DNA from: an uncultured Gammaproteobacteria bacterium
Lineage (GTDB): Bacteria > Pseudomonadota > Gammaproteobacteria > PS1 > Pseudothioglobaceae
DNA: 64,000 nt
Assembly (NCBI GenBank): GCA_902513495.1
Contig: CABXNH010000001.1
Coordinates: forward strand, 5,858-69,857
Direction of reading: 5' to 3'
In this document: piece by piece, positions 30,838-41,510 of the stretch
How positions within the stretch are numbered: the first letter of the stretch is position 1
How the letters are laid out: each line of letters starts with the position of its first letter
Made by a program: the position numbers and the translations under genes
The notes under the pieces: generated by a model
The model's input: only the letters and a program-made list of their open reading frames with translations
What the model was told of the DNA's origin: nothing
Databases searched by the model: none

Positions 30838-32100
30838 TTACTTCTTTTGTTTCATCGAATCAAAAAACTCATCATTAGTCTTAGTAAACCTTAGTCTTTC
30901 AATTAAAAATTCAGCAGCTTCGACAGTATCCATAGGATGAAGAATCTTTCTTAAAATCCACATTTTTTGAAGTTCTTGCTCATCTGTAATGAGTTCTTCA
31001 CGTCTTGTACCTGAAGCATTGATATTAATTGCAGGGAAGATACGTTTTTCAGATAATCTTCGCTCAAGATGAAGCTCCATATTTCCTGTACCCTTAAACT
31101 CCTGATAAATAACTTCATCCATTTTAGAGCCAGTATCAACAAGCGCTGTTGCGATAATAGTAATGCTACCACCATTCTCAATATTTCGTGCTGCTCCAAA
31201 AAAACGCTTTGGTCTTTGAAGTGCATTAGCATCAACACCGCCAGTTAAAACTTTGCCTGAGGAAGGGGCAACAGTATTGTAAGCTCTTGCGAGACGCGTT
31301 ATTGAATCAAGTAAGATAATGACATCTTTACCTTGTTCGGCTCTTCTTTTAGCCTTTTCAATAACAATTTCTGCTACTTGAACATGTCTTTTAGCGGGCT
31401 CATCAAATGTTGAAGATATAACCTCACCTCGGACTGTGCGCTCCATTTCAGTAACTTCTTCGGGTCTTTCATCAATTAACAAAACAATCAATTCACACTC
31501 TGGATGGTTAACAGCAATTGAAGAGGCAATATTTTGCATAATCATTGTCTTACCAGCCTTTGGCGGAGCAACTAAAAGCCCCCTTTGACCCTTACCAAAT
31601 GGTGCCACAAGATCAATTACTCTTGCAGTAATATCTTCTGTACCGCCGTTACCTAGCTCAAGACCAAGCCTTTGATTTGGATGAAGAGGAGTTAGAGAGG
31701 AAAATGGGATTCGGTTTCTTACATTTTCAGGTGAATCTTCATTGACTTCAGAGACTTTTACGAGCGCAAAATATTTTTCACCTTTTTTTGGGGCTCTAAT
31801 CTTTCCAGTAACAACATCACCAGTCGAAAGATTAAATCGCCTAATTTGATTAGGTGAGACATATATATCATCAGGACCTGAAACGTAAGAATCATTTGAA
31901 GACCTTAAAAAGCCATAGCCTTCTTGCAAAATATCTAAAACACCATCACCCAGAACTTCCTCTTCGTTATCGGATTTATGTTTAAGAATTGCGAATATGA
32001 GGGTTTGTTTTTTTGCTCTAGAAATGTTTTCGATGCCAAGTGATTGAGCAAGATCAAGAAGTTCGGCAGGCGTTTTAATTTTAAGTTCTGATAGTTTCAT
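30838..32100 (-). CDS. rho: Transcription termination factor Rho
   Basis: [37 protein letters not shown]. Confidence 0.98.
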   Translation of the reverse strand: MKLSELKIKTPAELLDLAQSLGIENISRAKKQTLIFAILKHKSDNEEEVLGDGVLDILQEGYGFLRSSNDSYVSGPDDIYVSPNQIRRFNLSTGDVVTGKIRAPKKGEKYFALVKVSEVNEDSPENVRNRIPFSSLTPLHPNQRLGLELGNGGTEDITARVIDLVAPFGKGQRGLLVAPPKAGKTMIMQNIASSIAVNHPECELIVLLIDERPEEVTEMERTVRGEVISSTFDEPAKRHVQVAEIVIEKAKRRAEQGKDVIILLDSITRLARAYNTVAPSSGKVLTGGVDANALQRPKRFFGAARNIENGGSITIIATALVDTGSKMDEVIYQEFKGTGNMELHLERRLSEKRIFPAININASGTRREELITDEQELQKMWILRKILHPMDTVEAAEFLIERLRFTKTNDEFFDSMKQKK

Positions 32101-32143
32101 ATAGATTTATAAGTATTTTTGAGAGTTGGCATAGTACCAAATG

Positions 32144-32172
32144 AAACAAACACTTGATATAAATGTTTGTTT
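32144..32172 (-). terminator. Hairpin between trxA and rho, possible terminator or attenuator
   Basis: aaacaaaca...tgtttgttt 9-bp inverted repeat in the rho leader. The stem is AT-rich. Confidence 0.35.
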
Positions 32173-32225
32173 TTGAATTATTTTTTAAAGTTTAATTATA
32201 TTTTGTTAAAAAATTGGGTTAATAG

Positions 32226-32552
32226 TTAAATATTTGAATCCAAGAAAGCATTTAGATTTGCCTTAGAGAGAGCACCAACCTTTGTGGCCTGAACAGCTCC
32301 ATCCTTAAATAACAGCATCGTTGGAATTCCTCTTATGCCGTATTTCGGAGGTAATTGAACGTTTTCATCAACATTGACTTTAGCAATTATAATTTTGCCT
32401 TCATATTCATCTGCAATTTCATCTAAGATAGGTGCAAGAGCCTTACATGGGCCACACCACTCAGCCCAAAAGTCTACCAATACAGGCTGTGATGAATTTA
32501 CAACGTCCTCCTCAAAAGATGCGTCACTAACTACGATAATTTTGTCGTTCAT
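32226..32552 (-). CDS. trxA: Thioredoxin
   Basis: WAEWCGPCK. Conserved trxA-rho order. Confidence 0.97.
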   Translation of the reverse strand: MNDKIIVVSDASFEEDVVNSSQPVLVDFWAEWCGPCKALAPILDEIADEYEGKIIIAKVNVDENVQLPPKYGIRGIPTMLLFKDGAVQATKVGALSKANLNAFLDSNI

Positions 32553-32655
32553 GTACTAAATAATGGAATGTATACATAGAGTTGAAATAACCTATGGTGA
32601 CATTATAACACTTCTTTTCTACAAGTCTATTAATTTAAAAAAGATTATTAGAATG

Positions 32656-33603
32656 TTATAAATAAGTAATGAAAGTAAGTATTGCAGGTATTGTTATAAA
32701 TGACATCGCTACCTGTGTTGAAATTATACTTGTCATTAACTGAGAATCAGCTCCAAATTGCTTTGCTAATGAAAGTGATGAAGCTGCAGTAGGAACTGAG
32801 GCAAAAATAACTGCAACAGTAATTTCTAACTGCCCAAGACCCATAAAACTTGCCACTATAAAGGCGGATATTGGAAGCACAATTAATTTAAGTGAGTTTG
32901 ATATTACGATTGGCATGATTTGTAAAGTTAGATCTCGAACCTTTATTTTGGCTCCTATAGTTAAAAGCAATATGGGCAGCGCTGCCGAACCTAGCATATC
33001 AGTGGTTTCACTAATAATAATCAATTTATCTGACTCAATTAAAGAAAAAAGCACGCCTAAAACCATCGCAAGAATGAAGGGGTTTTTTGCAATTTCAGTA
33101 AATATATTAACTATATTTCCTTTTGCATTAGTTTGAGCTGAAGATTTTAAGCTGGCCGTCAAAATCGATATTATAAGCATGTTGGCGGAAGGAATATATA
33201 TAAGCAGGAACAAGGCACCAATTGCTAAAGCTTCATCTCCAAAGAGACTTCCAGCTATTGCCAGAGAGATAAATGCATTATGTCTTACTGTCCCTTGAAG
33301 CATTGACGTCCATATTTGTGGCGAATATCCAAGGAGCTTACTGATCAAGAAAGTGATTATCGTGACTATCAATATCCCACTTATTATGACGACAACGTAA
33401 CTATATATGATCGAAGAAGAGATATCAATCTGCGATGTAAAATGAAAAAGAAGGGCCGGTATCAACACCCAATAAAGGAGTTTATCATTAATCTCCCAAA
33501 ATGAAACATCTAGAACTCCAATCCTCCTAAGAACATTACCCAGAATAATTAGTATAAATACTGGAGAAACTGATATAAAGATTTGAAAGAAGTTTGAAAG
33601 CAT
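32656..33603 (-). CDS. AEC family transporter
   Basis: About 10 TM segments. LLYWVLIPALLF, KNPFILA, KLIVLP, PTAASS. Confidence 0.85.
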   Translation of the reverse strand: MLSNFFQIFISVSPVFILIILGNVLRRIGVLDVSFWEINDKLLYWVLIPALLFHFTSQIDISSSIIYSYVVVIISGILIVTIITFLISKLLGYSPQIWTSMLQGTVRHNAFISLAIAGSLFGDEALAIGALFLLIYIPSANMLIISILTASLKSSAQTNAKGNIVNIFTEIAKNPFILAMVLGVLFSLIESDKLIIISETTDMLGSAALPILLLTIGAKIKVRDLTLQIMPIVISNSLKLIVLPISAFIVASFMGLGQLEITVAVIFASVPTAASSLSLAKQFGADSQLMTSIISTQVAMSFITIPAILTFITYL

Positions 33604-33630
33604 TTAGTCTTTAATGCGAAATAGTATTTT

Positions 33631-35016
33631 CTAACTATGATTATCAATCCAATCAATAGCTTTTTCTAGTCTAGCCAAGGTTCTTTTTTTGCCAACAAAT
33701 TGAGCACTTATATCAATACTCCCAGACCTACCATCACCGCTTAGAGCCAACCTAAAAGGCTGACCAACCTTACCGAATCCTACTTCACGTTCGTCACAAA
33801 TACTCTTTATGACTGAATGAATGTTATCAGCAGTCCAACTATCAACTGAATTGAGATTGGAAACTAGATCCTCTAGAATTGACTTTGACTTGGTGTTGAA
33901 AGCTTTATTTGCCTGAACTGGATCAAACGTATCAAAATCACAATAAAACATGACGCAGCTCTGCGCCATATCAACAAGTGACCCTGACCTTTCTCTTAAG
34001 GAATCAGCAAGTTCAACAATACTAGGACCATTATCTAAATTAATATTAAATTTACCTAAGTGCCATTTAAGGTTTTCAACAAGATTATTTATATCTGTCG
34101 ACTTAATGTAGGATTGATTGATCCACTCTAATTTTTCTTGATTAAAGCTAGCTGGTGAATTATTAATGTTTTTCAGTTCAAAGAGTTCAGTCATCTCTTT
34201 TATTGAAAAAATTTCTTGATCGCCATTTGACCAGCCAAGCCTAACAATATAGTTCAATAGTGCTTCAGGTAAAAAGCCTTCGTCCCTGTAGGACAACAGG
34301 TTGAGTGCTCCGTGTCTTTTTGATAAACGAGAGCCATCAGAACCGAGGATCATTGGTACATGCGCAAACTCCGGAACAGTCCACCCCATAGCCTCATAAA
34401 GATTAATCTGTTTAGGGGTATTATTTATATGATCATCACCCCTTACAACGCAGTCAATTTCCATATCATGATCATCAACCACAACTGTTAAATTGTATGT
34501 GGGAGAGCCATCTGTCCTTGAAATAATTAAATCGTCTAACTCAGAATTTGCAATACTCACCTCACCCTTTACAAAGTCATTAAAAGTGACCAATCCTTCG
34601 TCAGGATTCATAAATCGAATAACACCATTTTTCAATGACTTATCTCTGCAACAACCGTCATATTTAGGCTTGTCTTTGTTAGCGATCTGATTCTCTCTCA
34701 GCTTCTCTAAACGATCTTTCGAGCAATCACAGTAATATGCCTTTCCATTTGAAAGGAGCTCATTAATGACCTCGTTATATCGCTCAGTTCTGTCGCTTTG
34801 ATAGATTGGTCCTTCATCGTAGTCTAGACCAAGCCACTCCATTCCATCTAAAATGGCATCAACAGAAGTTTGGGTTGATCGCTCTTTATCAGTGTCCTCT
34901 ATTCTAAGAACAAATTTACTGCTTGTCTTCTTAGCCCAAAGCCAAGCAAAAAGTGCAGTTCTAGCACCGCCAATATGCAAATAACCAGTTGGTGAAGGTG
35001 CAAATCTTGATTTCAT
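33631..35016 (-). CDS. gltX: Glutamate--tRNA ligase
   Basis: RFAPSPTGYLHIGG, LRIEDTD, LSKRHG. Confidence 0.97.
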   Translation of the reverse strand: MKSRFAPSPTGYLHIGGARTALFAWLWAKKTSSKFVLRIEDTDKERSTQTSVDAILDGMEWLGLDYDEGPIYQSDRTERYNEVINELLSNGKAYYCDCSKDRLEKLRENQIANKDKPKYDGCCRDKSLKNGVIRFMNPDEGLVTFNDFVKGEVSIANSELDDLIISRTDGSPTYNLTVVVDDHDMEIDCVVRGDDHINNTPKQINLYEAMGWTVPEFAHVPMILGSDGSRLSKRHGALNLLSYRDEGFLPEALLNYIVRLGWSNGDQEIFSIKEMTELFELKNINNSPASFNQEKLEWINQSYIKSTDINNLVENLKWHLGKFNINLDNGPSIVELADSLRERSGSLVDMAQSCVMFYCDFDTFDPVQANKAFNTKSKSILEDLVSNLNSVDSWTADNIHSVIKSICDEREVGFGKVGQPFRLALSGDGRSGSIDISAQFVGKKRTLARLEKAIDWIDNHS

Positions 35017-35162
35017 TAATTACTCTTTAAAAAATAAAAGATAAGTTTCGAAATAATATAAAAATAAATTGATTGTTGTTGATTGCCTAAAACAAATCAA
35101 ATGTTAAGCTAATTTTACACTGTTATAATATTCCTCCAACACCCAAATATACTTGTAAATTA

Positions 35163-35525
35163 ATGGAATTCACACAGCAAAACGCGAATACAAACACCAT
35201 TATTTCAGTTGCTGAATCTTCTATATCACTCTCACATATCAAATTAAATAGACCGTGCTTTATTTCAGCTAATAGCTCTAATGAAGTCTCAATCAAAGAT
35301 TTAGAGGAGGTTGGAAAAGAATCTCTATTTCCACTCGTTGCAAAAGACTCTATTGACCTTTTGATTATTGGCACAGGTGATTCACCAAAATTTCTCTCTC
35401 CTAAACAGCAAATTGAACTTTCAGAATTTGGCATTGGTGTTGAATGCATGAACAGTTCATCCGCCTGTTCAAGCTTTAACCTTCTCCTGGGAGATCTAAG
35501 AAAGGTTGGTTTGTTACTACTATGA
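35163..35525 (+). CDS. Mth938-like (DUF498) protein
   Basis: LLIIGTG, IGVECM...ACSSFNLL. Confidence 0.85.
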   Translation: MEFTQQNANTNTIISVAESSISLSHIKLNRPCFISANSSNEVSIKDLEEVGKESLFPLVAKDSIDLLIIGTGDSPKFLSPKQQIELSEFGIGVECMNSSSACSSFNLLLGDLRKVGLLLL

Positions 35526-36658
35526 TTTCTTTTTTATTAAAAAAGCTAGTTATCTTTTATAAATTCTTCAAAATCGACACTCCTCTTCTTATTCTTCTTA
35601 TACTTCTCTCATCATTTGGATTGTTGATTCTATATAGCAGTTCAGGAGGCTCTCTTAGTCTTGTCTACAGGCAGATGATTCATCTTGGCCTTGCCACCTC
35701 TGTGATGCTGGTTATTGCTCAAATTCCACCAATCATCATGCTGAGATTTGCCCCAATATTGATGCTTTTGGGTATTCTCCTATTGATACTTGTTCTATTT
35801 TTTGGAAGTTCAGGGGGTGGCGCTCAACGCTGGCTTGATCTTGGCTTTGTTCGCTTTCAGCCTTCAGAGCTAATGAAGATCATTGTTCCAATGACTATTG
35901 CAGCTATACTGAGTAAAAAAACGCTCCCTCCAAGAGCGTTTCCAGTCGTTATTTCACTTATCACAATAGCGACCGTTGCCCTATTGATTGCAAGTCAGCC
36001 TGATCTTGGAACCTCTCTATTGATTGGAGCTTCAGGGATATATGTTTTGTTCTTCTCTGGATTTAGAGTGATGCTGGTTAAAAATATTTGGCTGAACCTT
36101 GTTATTTTATCGAGCGCTCTTATAGGATCACTTTATTTTGCATGGAATTATCTGTTGATCGCTTACCAAAAAAAACGAATCCTTACTCTATTTAACCCTG
36201 AATCAGATCCGCTTGGATCGGGTTACCACATCATTCAATCAAAAATTGCTATTGGTTCTGGCGGCTTTACAGGTAAAGGAATCGTAATGGGATCTCAGTC
36301 TCAACTTGATTTTGTACCTGAGCAGTCTACAGACTTTATATTTTCTGTCTTAGCTGAAGAGCTTGGATTTCTTGGTTTCATATTACTTATCATAATCTAT
36401 GCACTTATTATTTATCGTTGCATGAGTTTATCTCTTAGATGCGAAGACAACTTTTCTAGACTTCTCGGGGCGAGCCTGACCTTCGTATTTTTTACTTATA
36501 TTTTTGTGAATATAGGTATGGTATCTGGCCTTTTGCCAGTTGTTGGAGTTCCACTGCCTTTGGTGAGTTATGGTGGCTCTTCTTTAATTACCCTTATGGC
36601 TAGTTTTGGAATTATTATGTCAATTCATAAACATAAAAGTCCAAGATATTTACAGTAA
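35522..36658 (+). CDS. rodA: Rod shape-determining protein RodA
   Basis: GAQRWL, FQPSELMK, QPDLGT, GYHIIQSKIAIGSGG, PLVSYGGSS. Confidence 0.95.
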   Translation: MISFLLKKLVIFYKFFKIDTPLLILLILLSSFGLLILYSSSGGSLSLVYRQMIHLGLATSVMLVIAQIPPIIMLRFAPILMLLGILLLILVLFFGSSGGGAQRWLDLGFVRFQPSELMKIIVPMTIAAILSKKTLPPRAFPVVISLITIATVALLIASQPDLGTSLLIGASGIYVLFFSGFRVMLVKNIWLNLVILSSALIGSLYFAWNYLLIAYQKKRILTLFNPESDPLGSGYHIIQSKIAIGSGGFTGKGIVMGSQSQLDFVPEQSTDFIFSVLAEELGFLGFILLIIIYALIIYRCMSLSLRCEDNFSRLLGASLTFVFFTYIFVNIGMVSGLLPVVGVPLPLVSYGGSSLITLMASFGIIMSIHKHKSPRYLQ

Positions 36659-36742
36659 CTCGTTATAATCAAACTGTTAAATACAATCACTAAACTTCAG
36701 TTCACTTTTTCAATCAATCAAATACTGGGCACATACAACTTC

Positions 36743-37885
36743 ATGAAATCAAATTTTCTCATATTCTTAAAATCATTCTTATTTATATTTCTATTCTCAA
36801 ATGTGGCTGCTGAGGAGCCCCGTTTTTACATTCCTGACTCCCCGCCAATAGCAGCCAAAGCTTATGTCTTAATGGATCATAACTCTGGCAAAATTCTTGC
36901 GGGTGAAAATGAAAATGAAAGAAGATCGCCCGCAAGTTTGACCAAGATAATGACCTCTTATGTTGTCTTTAAAAGATTAAAAGAGGATTTTATTTCTCTG
37001 GATGATGAGGTCAAAATAAGTGAAAAAGCATGGAAAACTGGCGGCTCAAGAAGCTTTATTGAAGTTGGTAAAATGATTAAGCTTGAAGATCTCCTCATGG
37101 GAATGATTATTCAATCAGGCAACGATGCGTCGGTTGCTCTTGCTGAACATGTAGCTGGCTCAGAGGGGACATTCGTCTTGTTCATGAATGATTATGCTCA
37201 AGAAATTGGTATGACAAACTCACGCTTTGAAAATGCATCAGGTCTGCCTCATAAGGATCAGTATACAACAGCCAAGGATATGGCTCTCCTATCCTCTACA
37301 ATCATAAAAGAATTCCCTGATTTTTATGAATGGTACGGCCAAAAAGAATTTACCTATAATAACATTAAGCAAATTAATCGTAACAAACTTTTGTTTACGG
37401 ACAGTACTGTTGATGGCTTAAAAACGGGCTGGACTGAGAAGGCGGGCTATTGTCTTGCCACGAGTGCAAATCGCGTCGATATGAGGCTTCTTTCAGTTGT
37501 GCTAGGGTCTGCAAGTCCTGCCATTAGAACAGCTGAAACTGAAAAGCTGCTTGACTATGGTTTTCGCTTTTTTGAAACACAATCAGTGAATGACATATCA
37601 CACCAAGTTCCTGTATACAAATCAAAAATAGGCAATATTAAAGTGGGTGTAGCTGATTCTAGCTACTTAACATTGCCTCGAAACCAGTTTAAATATACAA
37701 CCCAAACAATCAACCTTACAGGTGACTTAATAGCCCCAATTAACCAGGGTGATCAAGTTGGTACTCTTGCTATTAGCTTTAATGATGAGGACATCGCTAC
37801 GCTTCCTCTTATAGCCCTAGAAAATGCTGAGGAAGCAGGCTTTGTGTCAAAAATGATTGATACTGTGAAACTTATGTTTAGATAA
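36743..37885 (+). CDS. dacA: D-alanyl-D-alanine carboxypeptidase (PBP5/6)
   Basis: PASLTK, SGNDA, GLKTG motifs. Signal peptide. Confidence 0.92.
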   Translation: MKSNFLIFLKSFLFIFLFSNVAAEEPRFYIPDSPPIAAKAYVLMDHNSGKILAGENENERRSPASLTKIMTSYVVFKRLKEDFISLDDEVKISEKAWKTGGSRSFIEVGKMIKLEDLLMGMIIQSGNDASVALAEHVAGSEGTFVLFMNDYAQEIGMTNSRFENASGLPHKDQYTTAKDMALLSSTIIKEFPDFYEWYGQKEFTYNNIKQINRNKLLFTDSTVDGLKTGWTEKAGYCLATSANRVDMRLLSVVLGSASPAIRTAETEKLLDYGFRFFETQSVNDISHQVPVYKSKIGNIKVGVADSSYLTLPRNQFKYTTQTINLTGDLIAPINQGDQVGTLAISFNDEDIATLPLIALENAEEAGFVSKMIDTVKLMFR

Positions 37886-37887
37886 TT

Positions 37888-38721
37888 TTGGTTTATTTAA
37901 ACGGTAACTTTATACAAAAAGATAAGGCTTATATATCCATTATGGATCGAGGATTCCTCTTTGGGGATGGAGTCTACGAAGTCTTCCCAGTTTATGGTAA
38001 TATAATTCTAGGACTAGAACCTCATTTAAATCGACTCCAAGATGGTCTTGATGCAATCAATATAAAAAATCCTCATTCTAAAAACGAATGGATAAATCTC
38101 ATCAATAAGATTATTACTCTTAACGATAAAAATTCGAATCAAGCGATATATTTGCAAATTTCTAGAGGCTGCGATGAAAATAGAAAGCATACTTATGGGC
38201 AATTAAAACCAACTATTTATATACAATCAAGCGGCATTGAACAAAGAGATAAAAATGATCTACTTAAAGGGAAATCGGCGATCACCAGAGAAGACATTAG
38301 ATGGTTAAAAAGCAACACTAAAGCAACCTCTTTACTTGCAAATACTCTTTATGCACAAGAGGCCAAAGAATGTAATTCAGAAGAAGCCATTCTTTACAGA
38401 GATGGTATAGTCACTGAAGCTTCAAGCTCTAATGTCTTTATTGTTAAAGACGACTGCTTATACACCCACCCAAAAGGGCCAAACATTCTCCCAGGCATTA
38501 CCCGAGATGTTGCAATACAATGTGCTAAGGATTTGGGAATTGAGGTTAGAGAAGAAAAATTTACTAAAGAACAATTGATGCAAGCTGATGAAGTATGGAT
38601 TAGCAGCTCAACTAGGGAAATTCTTCCAATCACAAGAGTTGATGGTGTGTCGATTTCGAATGGACATTCAGGCCCATTTTGGTCGTCAGTCTACGATCAA
38701 TACCAAACCCTTAAATCCTAA
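37888..38721 (+). CDS. dat: D-amino acid aminotransferase (class IV PLP)
   Basis: DRGFLFGDGVYEV, EASSSNVF, ILPGITR, ADEVWISS. TTG start directly after dacA. Confidence 0.8.
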   Translation: MVYLNGNFIQKDKAYISIMDRGFLFGDGVYEVFPVYGNIILGLEPHLNRLQDGLDAINIKNPHSKNEWINLINKIITLNDKNSNQAIYLQISRGCDENRKHTYGQLKPTIYIQSSGIEQRDKNDLLKGKSAITREDIRWLKSNTKATSLLANTLYAQEAKECNSEEAILYRDGIVTEASSSNVFIVKDDCLYTHPKGPNILPGITRDVAIQCAKDLGIEVREEKFTKEQLMQADEVWISSSTREILPITRVDGVSISNGHSGPFWSSVYDQYQTLKS

Positions 38722-38783
38722 AAAAAATACTTAATCATTCAATATAAAATAATAAGAATAATCATTTCAAGTAAAATCTTACT

Positions 38784-38888
38784 TAGTGTCGAGGGTAAAC
38801 CGACAATAAATAGTTATGAACCCCGCCAGGCCTGGAAGGGAGCAACGGTAATAATTTTTTTATGTGTTGGATTCTATTCTCGGCACTA
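38784..38888 (+). ncRNA. ffs: Small SRP (4.5S) RNA
   Basis: Helix-8 core gaaccccgccaggcctggaagggagcaacggta. Ends pair (tagtgtcgag / ctcggcacta). TAAAAT -10 just upstream. Typical position before dnaX. Confidence 0.93.
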
Positions 38889-38913
38889 CCTTAATTCAAT
38901 CAACTAATTAGAA

Positions 38914-40533
38914 ATGAGTGAACACTACCAAGTTTTAGCTAGAAAATATAGACCTCATAATTTTGAAGAACTAGTTGGTCAAACTCACACCATAAGAACT
39001 CTTGTTAATGCATTAGACAATAACAACCTCCATCATGGTTTTTTATTTACTGGAACGCGTGGCGTTGGAAAGACAACAATTGCAAGAATTTTTGCAAAAT
39101 CAGTTAACTGTGAGGAAGGTGTAAGCTCGAATCCATGTGGAAAATGCCCTACCTGCATTGAAATCGACAAAGGTCAATCAGTTGATTTAATTGAGCTTGA
39201 CGCTGCATCTCACACTGGCGTGGACCATATGAGAGAAATTCTTGACAATGCGCAGTACACGCCTACCAAAAATCTATACAAGATTTACCTTATTGATGAA
39301 GTCCATATGCTTTCAAAGAGTAGCTTTAATGCGCTTTTAAAAACTTTAGAAGAGCCGCCTTCTCATATTAAATTTTTACTCGCCACGACAGACCCCAAGA
39401 AACTACCCATAACAATCCTATCACGCTGCCTGCAATTTAACTTAAACAAGCTTTCTCATGATGAGATTCTTAATCATCTTAAGTTTATTATGAATGAAGA
39501 AAAGCTTAAGTTTGATGACAATGCGTTATCAAAAATTGCTGAACTTGGAAATGGCTCAATGAGAGACGCTCTAAGCCTTCTTGATCAGTCCATATCTTTT
39601 GGAAATGGCAGTGTTATAGAAAAAGATTTAAAAGAAATGCTTGGGCTTGTTAATCATGACGAAATAACTAATCTTGTCTCATTAGTGTGTGAACGAAATG
39701 CCGAAAAAATTTTATTATTTATAAAGGAGCTGGCGCATAAAGGAGAAAACCTTTCAAATGTGCTAAAAGATTTAACTTCACTATTTCACAAAATTTCCAC
39801 AGCCCAAATAATTAATGATCAAAAGCAAACCTCTCCTGAAATATTAGATCTTGCTAATAGGTTCACTGCTCAAGATTTGCAGCTTTACTATCAAATAGCA
39901 ATTAATGGTCAAAGAGATATAAACCTTTCTCCTAGCGAGCAAATTGGTCTGGAGATGACTCTTCTGAGAATGATTACTTTTCATCCTAATTTTAAAGAAG
40001 GTGAAAAAAAAACTCTAAATCCTTCGCCGACTAAAACTTTAAAGAAAAACCCAAGCACTGGTAGTCCTGTTGTCACTTCGACACCCTCTAAAGAGCTTAA
40101 TGATATTTCTAATAAAAAGGTCAAACATTTAGATATTAAAACGCAAGAGGAGTGGGAAGAAATCATCACCAATCTTGACTTTAATGGTGCGGCGAAAATG
40201 CTTGTGAAAAATACAGTATTTAAATCACTCATTAAACAAAACCTTACACTGACGCTAAGTGAGGAATTTATCAACTTACATACGACTAAAACTGAAGAAT
40301 CAATTAAAAATGCGCTCCATAAGTTATACCCAGCTTTAGAAATAATGATTGAGCCAGGGGAGACTAATGGCAACTCTTTATCACAAAAAGAAGCATTTAA
40401 TAATGAGCAAATACAAAAACAGACCGAGAGTCAATTTTTAAGTGATGATGGCCTTAAAGAGCTTCAAGAGGTCTTTAAATCTCAGGTCGATCTAAAATCT
40501 ATCAAATCAATTAAGGAGTCTGATAATGTTTAA
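38914..40533 (+). CDS. dnaX: DNA polymerase III subunits gamma/tau
   Basis: LARKYRP, GTRGVGKTT, IDEVHML, TILSRC, EMTLLRM. Confidence 0.97.
   Translation: MSEHYQVLARKYRPHNFEELVGQTHTIRTLVNALDNNNLHHGFLFTGTRGVGKTTIARIFAKSVNCEEGVSSNPCGKCPTCIEIDKGQSVDLIELDAASHTGVDHMREILDNAQYTPTKNLYKIYLIDEVHMLSKSSFNALLKTLEEPPSHIKFLLATTDPKKLPITILSRCLQFNLNKLSHDEILNHLKFIMNEEKLKFDDNALSKIAELGNGSMRDALSLLDQSISFGNGSVIEKDLKEMLGLVNHDEITNLVSLVCERNAEKILLFIKELAHKGENLSNVLKDLTSLFHKISTAQIINDQKQTSPEILDLANRFTAQDLQLYYQIAINGQRDINLSPSEQIGLEMTLLRMITFHPNFKEGEKKTLNPSPTKTLKKNPSTGSPVVTSTPSKELNDISNKKVKHLDIKTQEEWEEIITNLDFNGAAKMLVKNTVFKSLIKQNLTLTLSEEFINLHTTKTEESIKNALHKLYPALEIMIEPGETNGNSLSQKEAFNNEQIQKQTESQFLSDDGLKELQEVFKSQVDLKSIKSIKESDNV
40004..40012 (+). 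other. Putative dnaX recoding site (A9 run / A_AAA_AAA)
   Basis: GAA AAA AAA ACT at codons 364-367. Stops follow quickly in both shifted frames (TAA 40016-40018 and TAA 40032-40034). Confidence 0.7.
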
Positions 40534-40831
40534 AGGTGGAATGGCAGGAATGATGCAAAAAGCCAAGCAAATGCAGGAGGATATGGAGACCATTCAAAAA
40601 GAAATTAAATCACTCACTTGTGAAGGTGTATCAGCCTCAGGAGCTTTGAAAATCGAAATGAATGGTGACTATCAAGTTACAAATATTTTTGTAGATGAAA
40701 CAATTATGTCTGACAAAGACATGCTTGAAGATTTGATAATGATGGCTGTAAATGATGCGTCATCAAAGATAAGTGAGATTTCAAAAGAAAAAATGAAAAA
40801 TGTAACTGGTGGACTTAACCTGCCTTTCTAG
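40526..40831 (+). CDS. ybaB: YbaB/EbfC nucleoid-associated protein
   Basis: MMQKAKQMQE...DMLEDLIMMAVNDA...LNLPF. dnaX-ybaB-recR order. Confidence 0.95.
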   Translation: MFKGGMAGMMQKAKQMQEDMETIQKEIKSLTCEGVSASGALKIEMNGDYQVTNIFVDETIMSDKDMLEDLIMMAVNDASSKISEISKEKMKNVTGGLNLPF

Positions 40832-40851
40832 TTATTTAATTCTCCAATATT

Positions 40852-41436
40852 ATGATTGAAAAACTAAACAAAGCGTTCAGTAAATTACCAGGAGTAGGCT
40901 CAAAAACTGCACAGAGATTTATTTATCATCTCCTTGAAAGAGACCGCCTAGGAGGATTAGAGCTTGCTAAAGCGCTGACAGATGCAATGGAGAATGTTAA
41001 AAACTGTGAAAGATGTAGAACATTGACAGAAAAAAACATTTGTGAAATATGCTCAAACGATCATCGTGATGACTCACAGCTCTGTATCGTTGAAACCCCC
41101 TCAGACATTCACGTCATAGAGCAAAGTGGTGTCTACACTGGAAAATACTTTGTCCTAAGTGGTTATCTCTCGCCAATCGACGGGATTGGCGCGTCAGAAT
41201 TAGGGCTGGATGAATTAGAAAAACTATTAGGGAATCAAAGTGTCAACGAGTTAATCTTAGCCACTAACGCGACAATTGAAGGTGAAGTAACTGCACACTA
41301 TATACACAACCTTGCAAAAAAATATCAAATAAAAACGACAAGAATAGCGCATGGAATTCCCCTTGGCGGAGAGTTAGAATATACAGATATTAATACAATT
41401 GCTCACGCTCTGTCTGGACGAAAAGATTATAACTAG
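40852..41436 (+). CDS. recR: Recombination mediator RecR
   Basis: LPGVGSKTAQR, C4 zinc finger, ATNATIEGEVTA. Confidence 0.97.
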   Translation: MIEKLNKAFSKLPGVGSKTAQRFIYHLLERDRLGGLELAKALTDAMENVKNCERCRTLTEKNICEICSNDHRDDSQLCIVETPSDIHVIEQSGVYTGKYFVLSGYLSPIDGIGASELGLDELEKLLGNQSVNELILATNATIEGEVTAHYIHNLAKKYQIKTTRIAHGIPLGGELEYTDINTIAHALSGRKDYN

Positions 41437-41510
41437 CTAGTCTTTAAAGGGTTATTTCAATCCAGGTAGTTATTGTATAATATGTCAGTTTTATCCGACA
41501 CATCGCCTCC

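Noticed and set aside
35017-35162. tRNA genes next to gltX, as in enterobacteria
   Set aside because: The spacer is AT-rich with no cloverleaf or T-loop motif.
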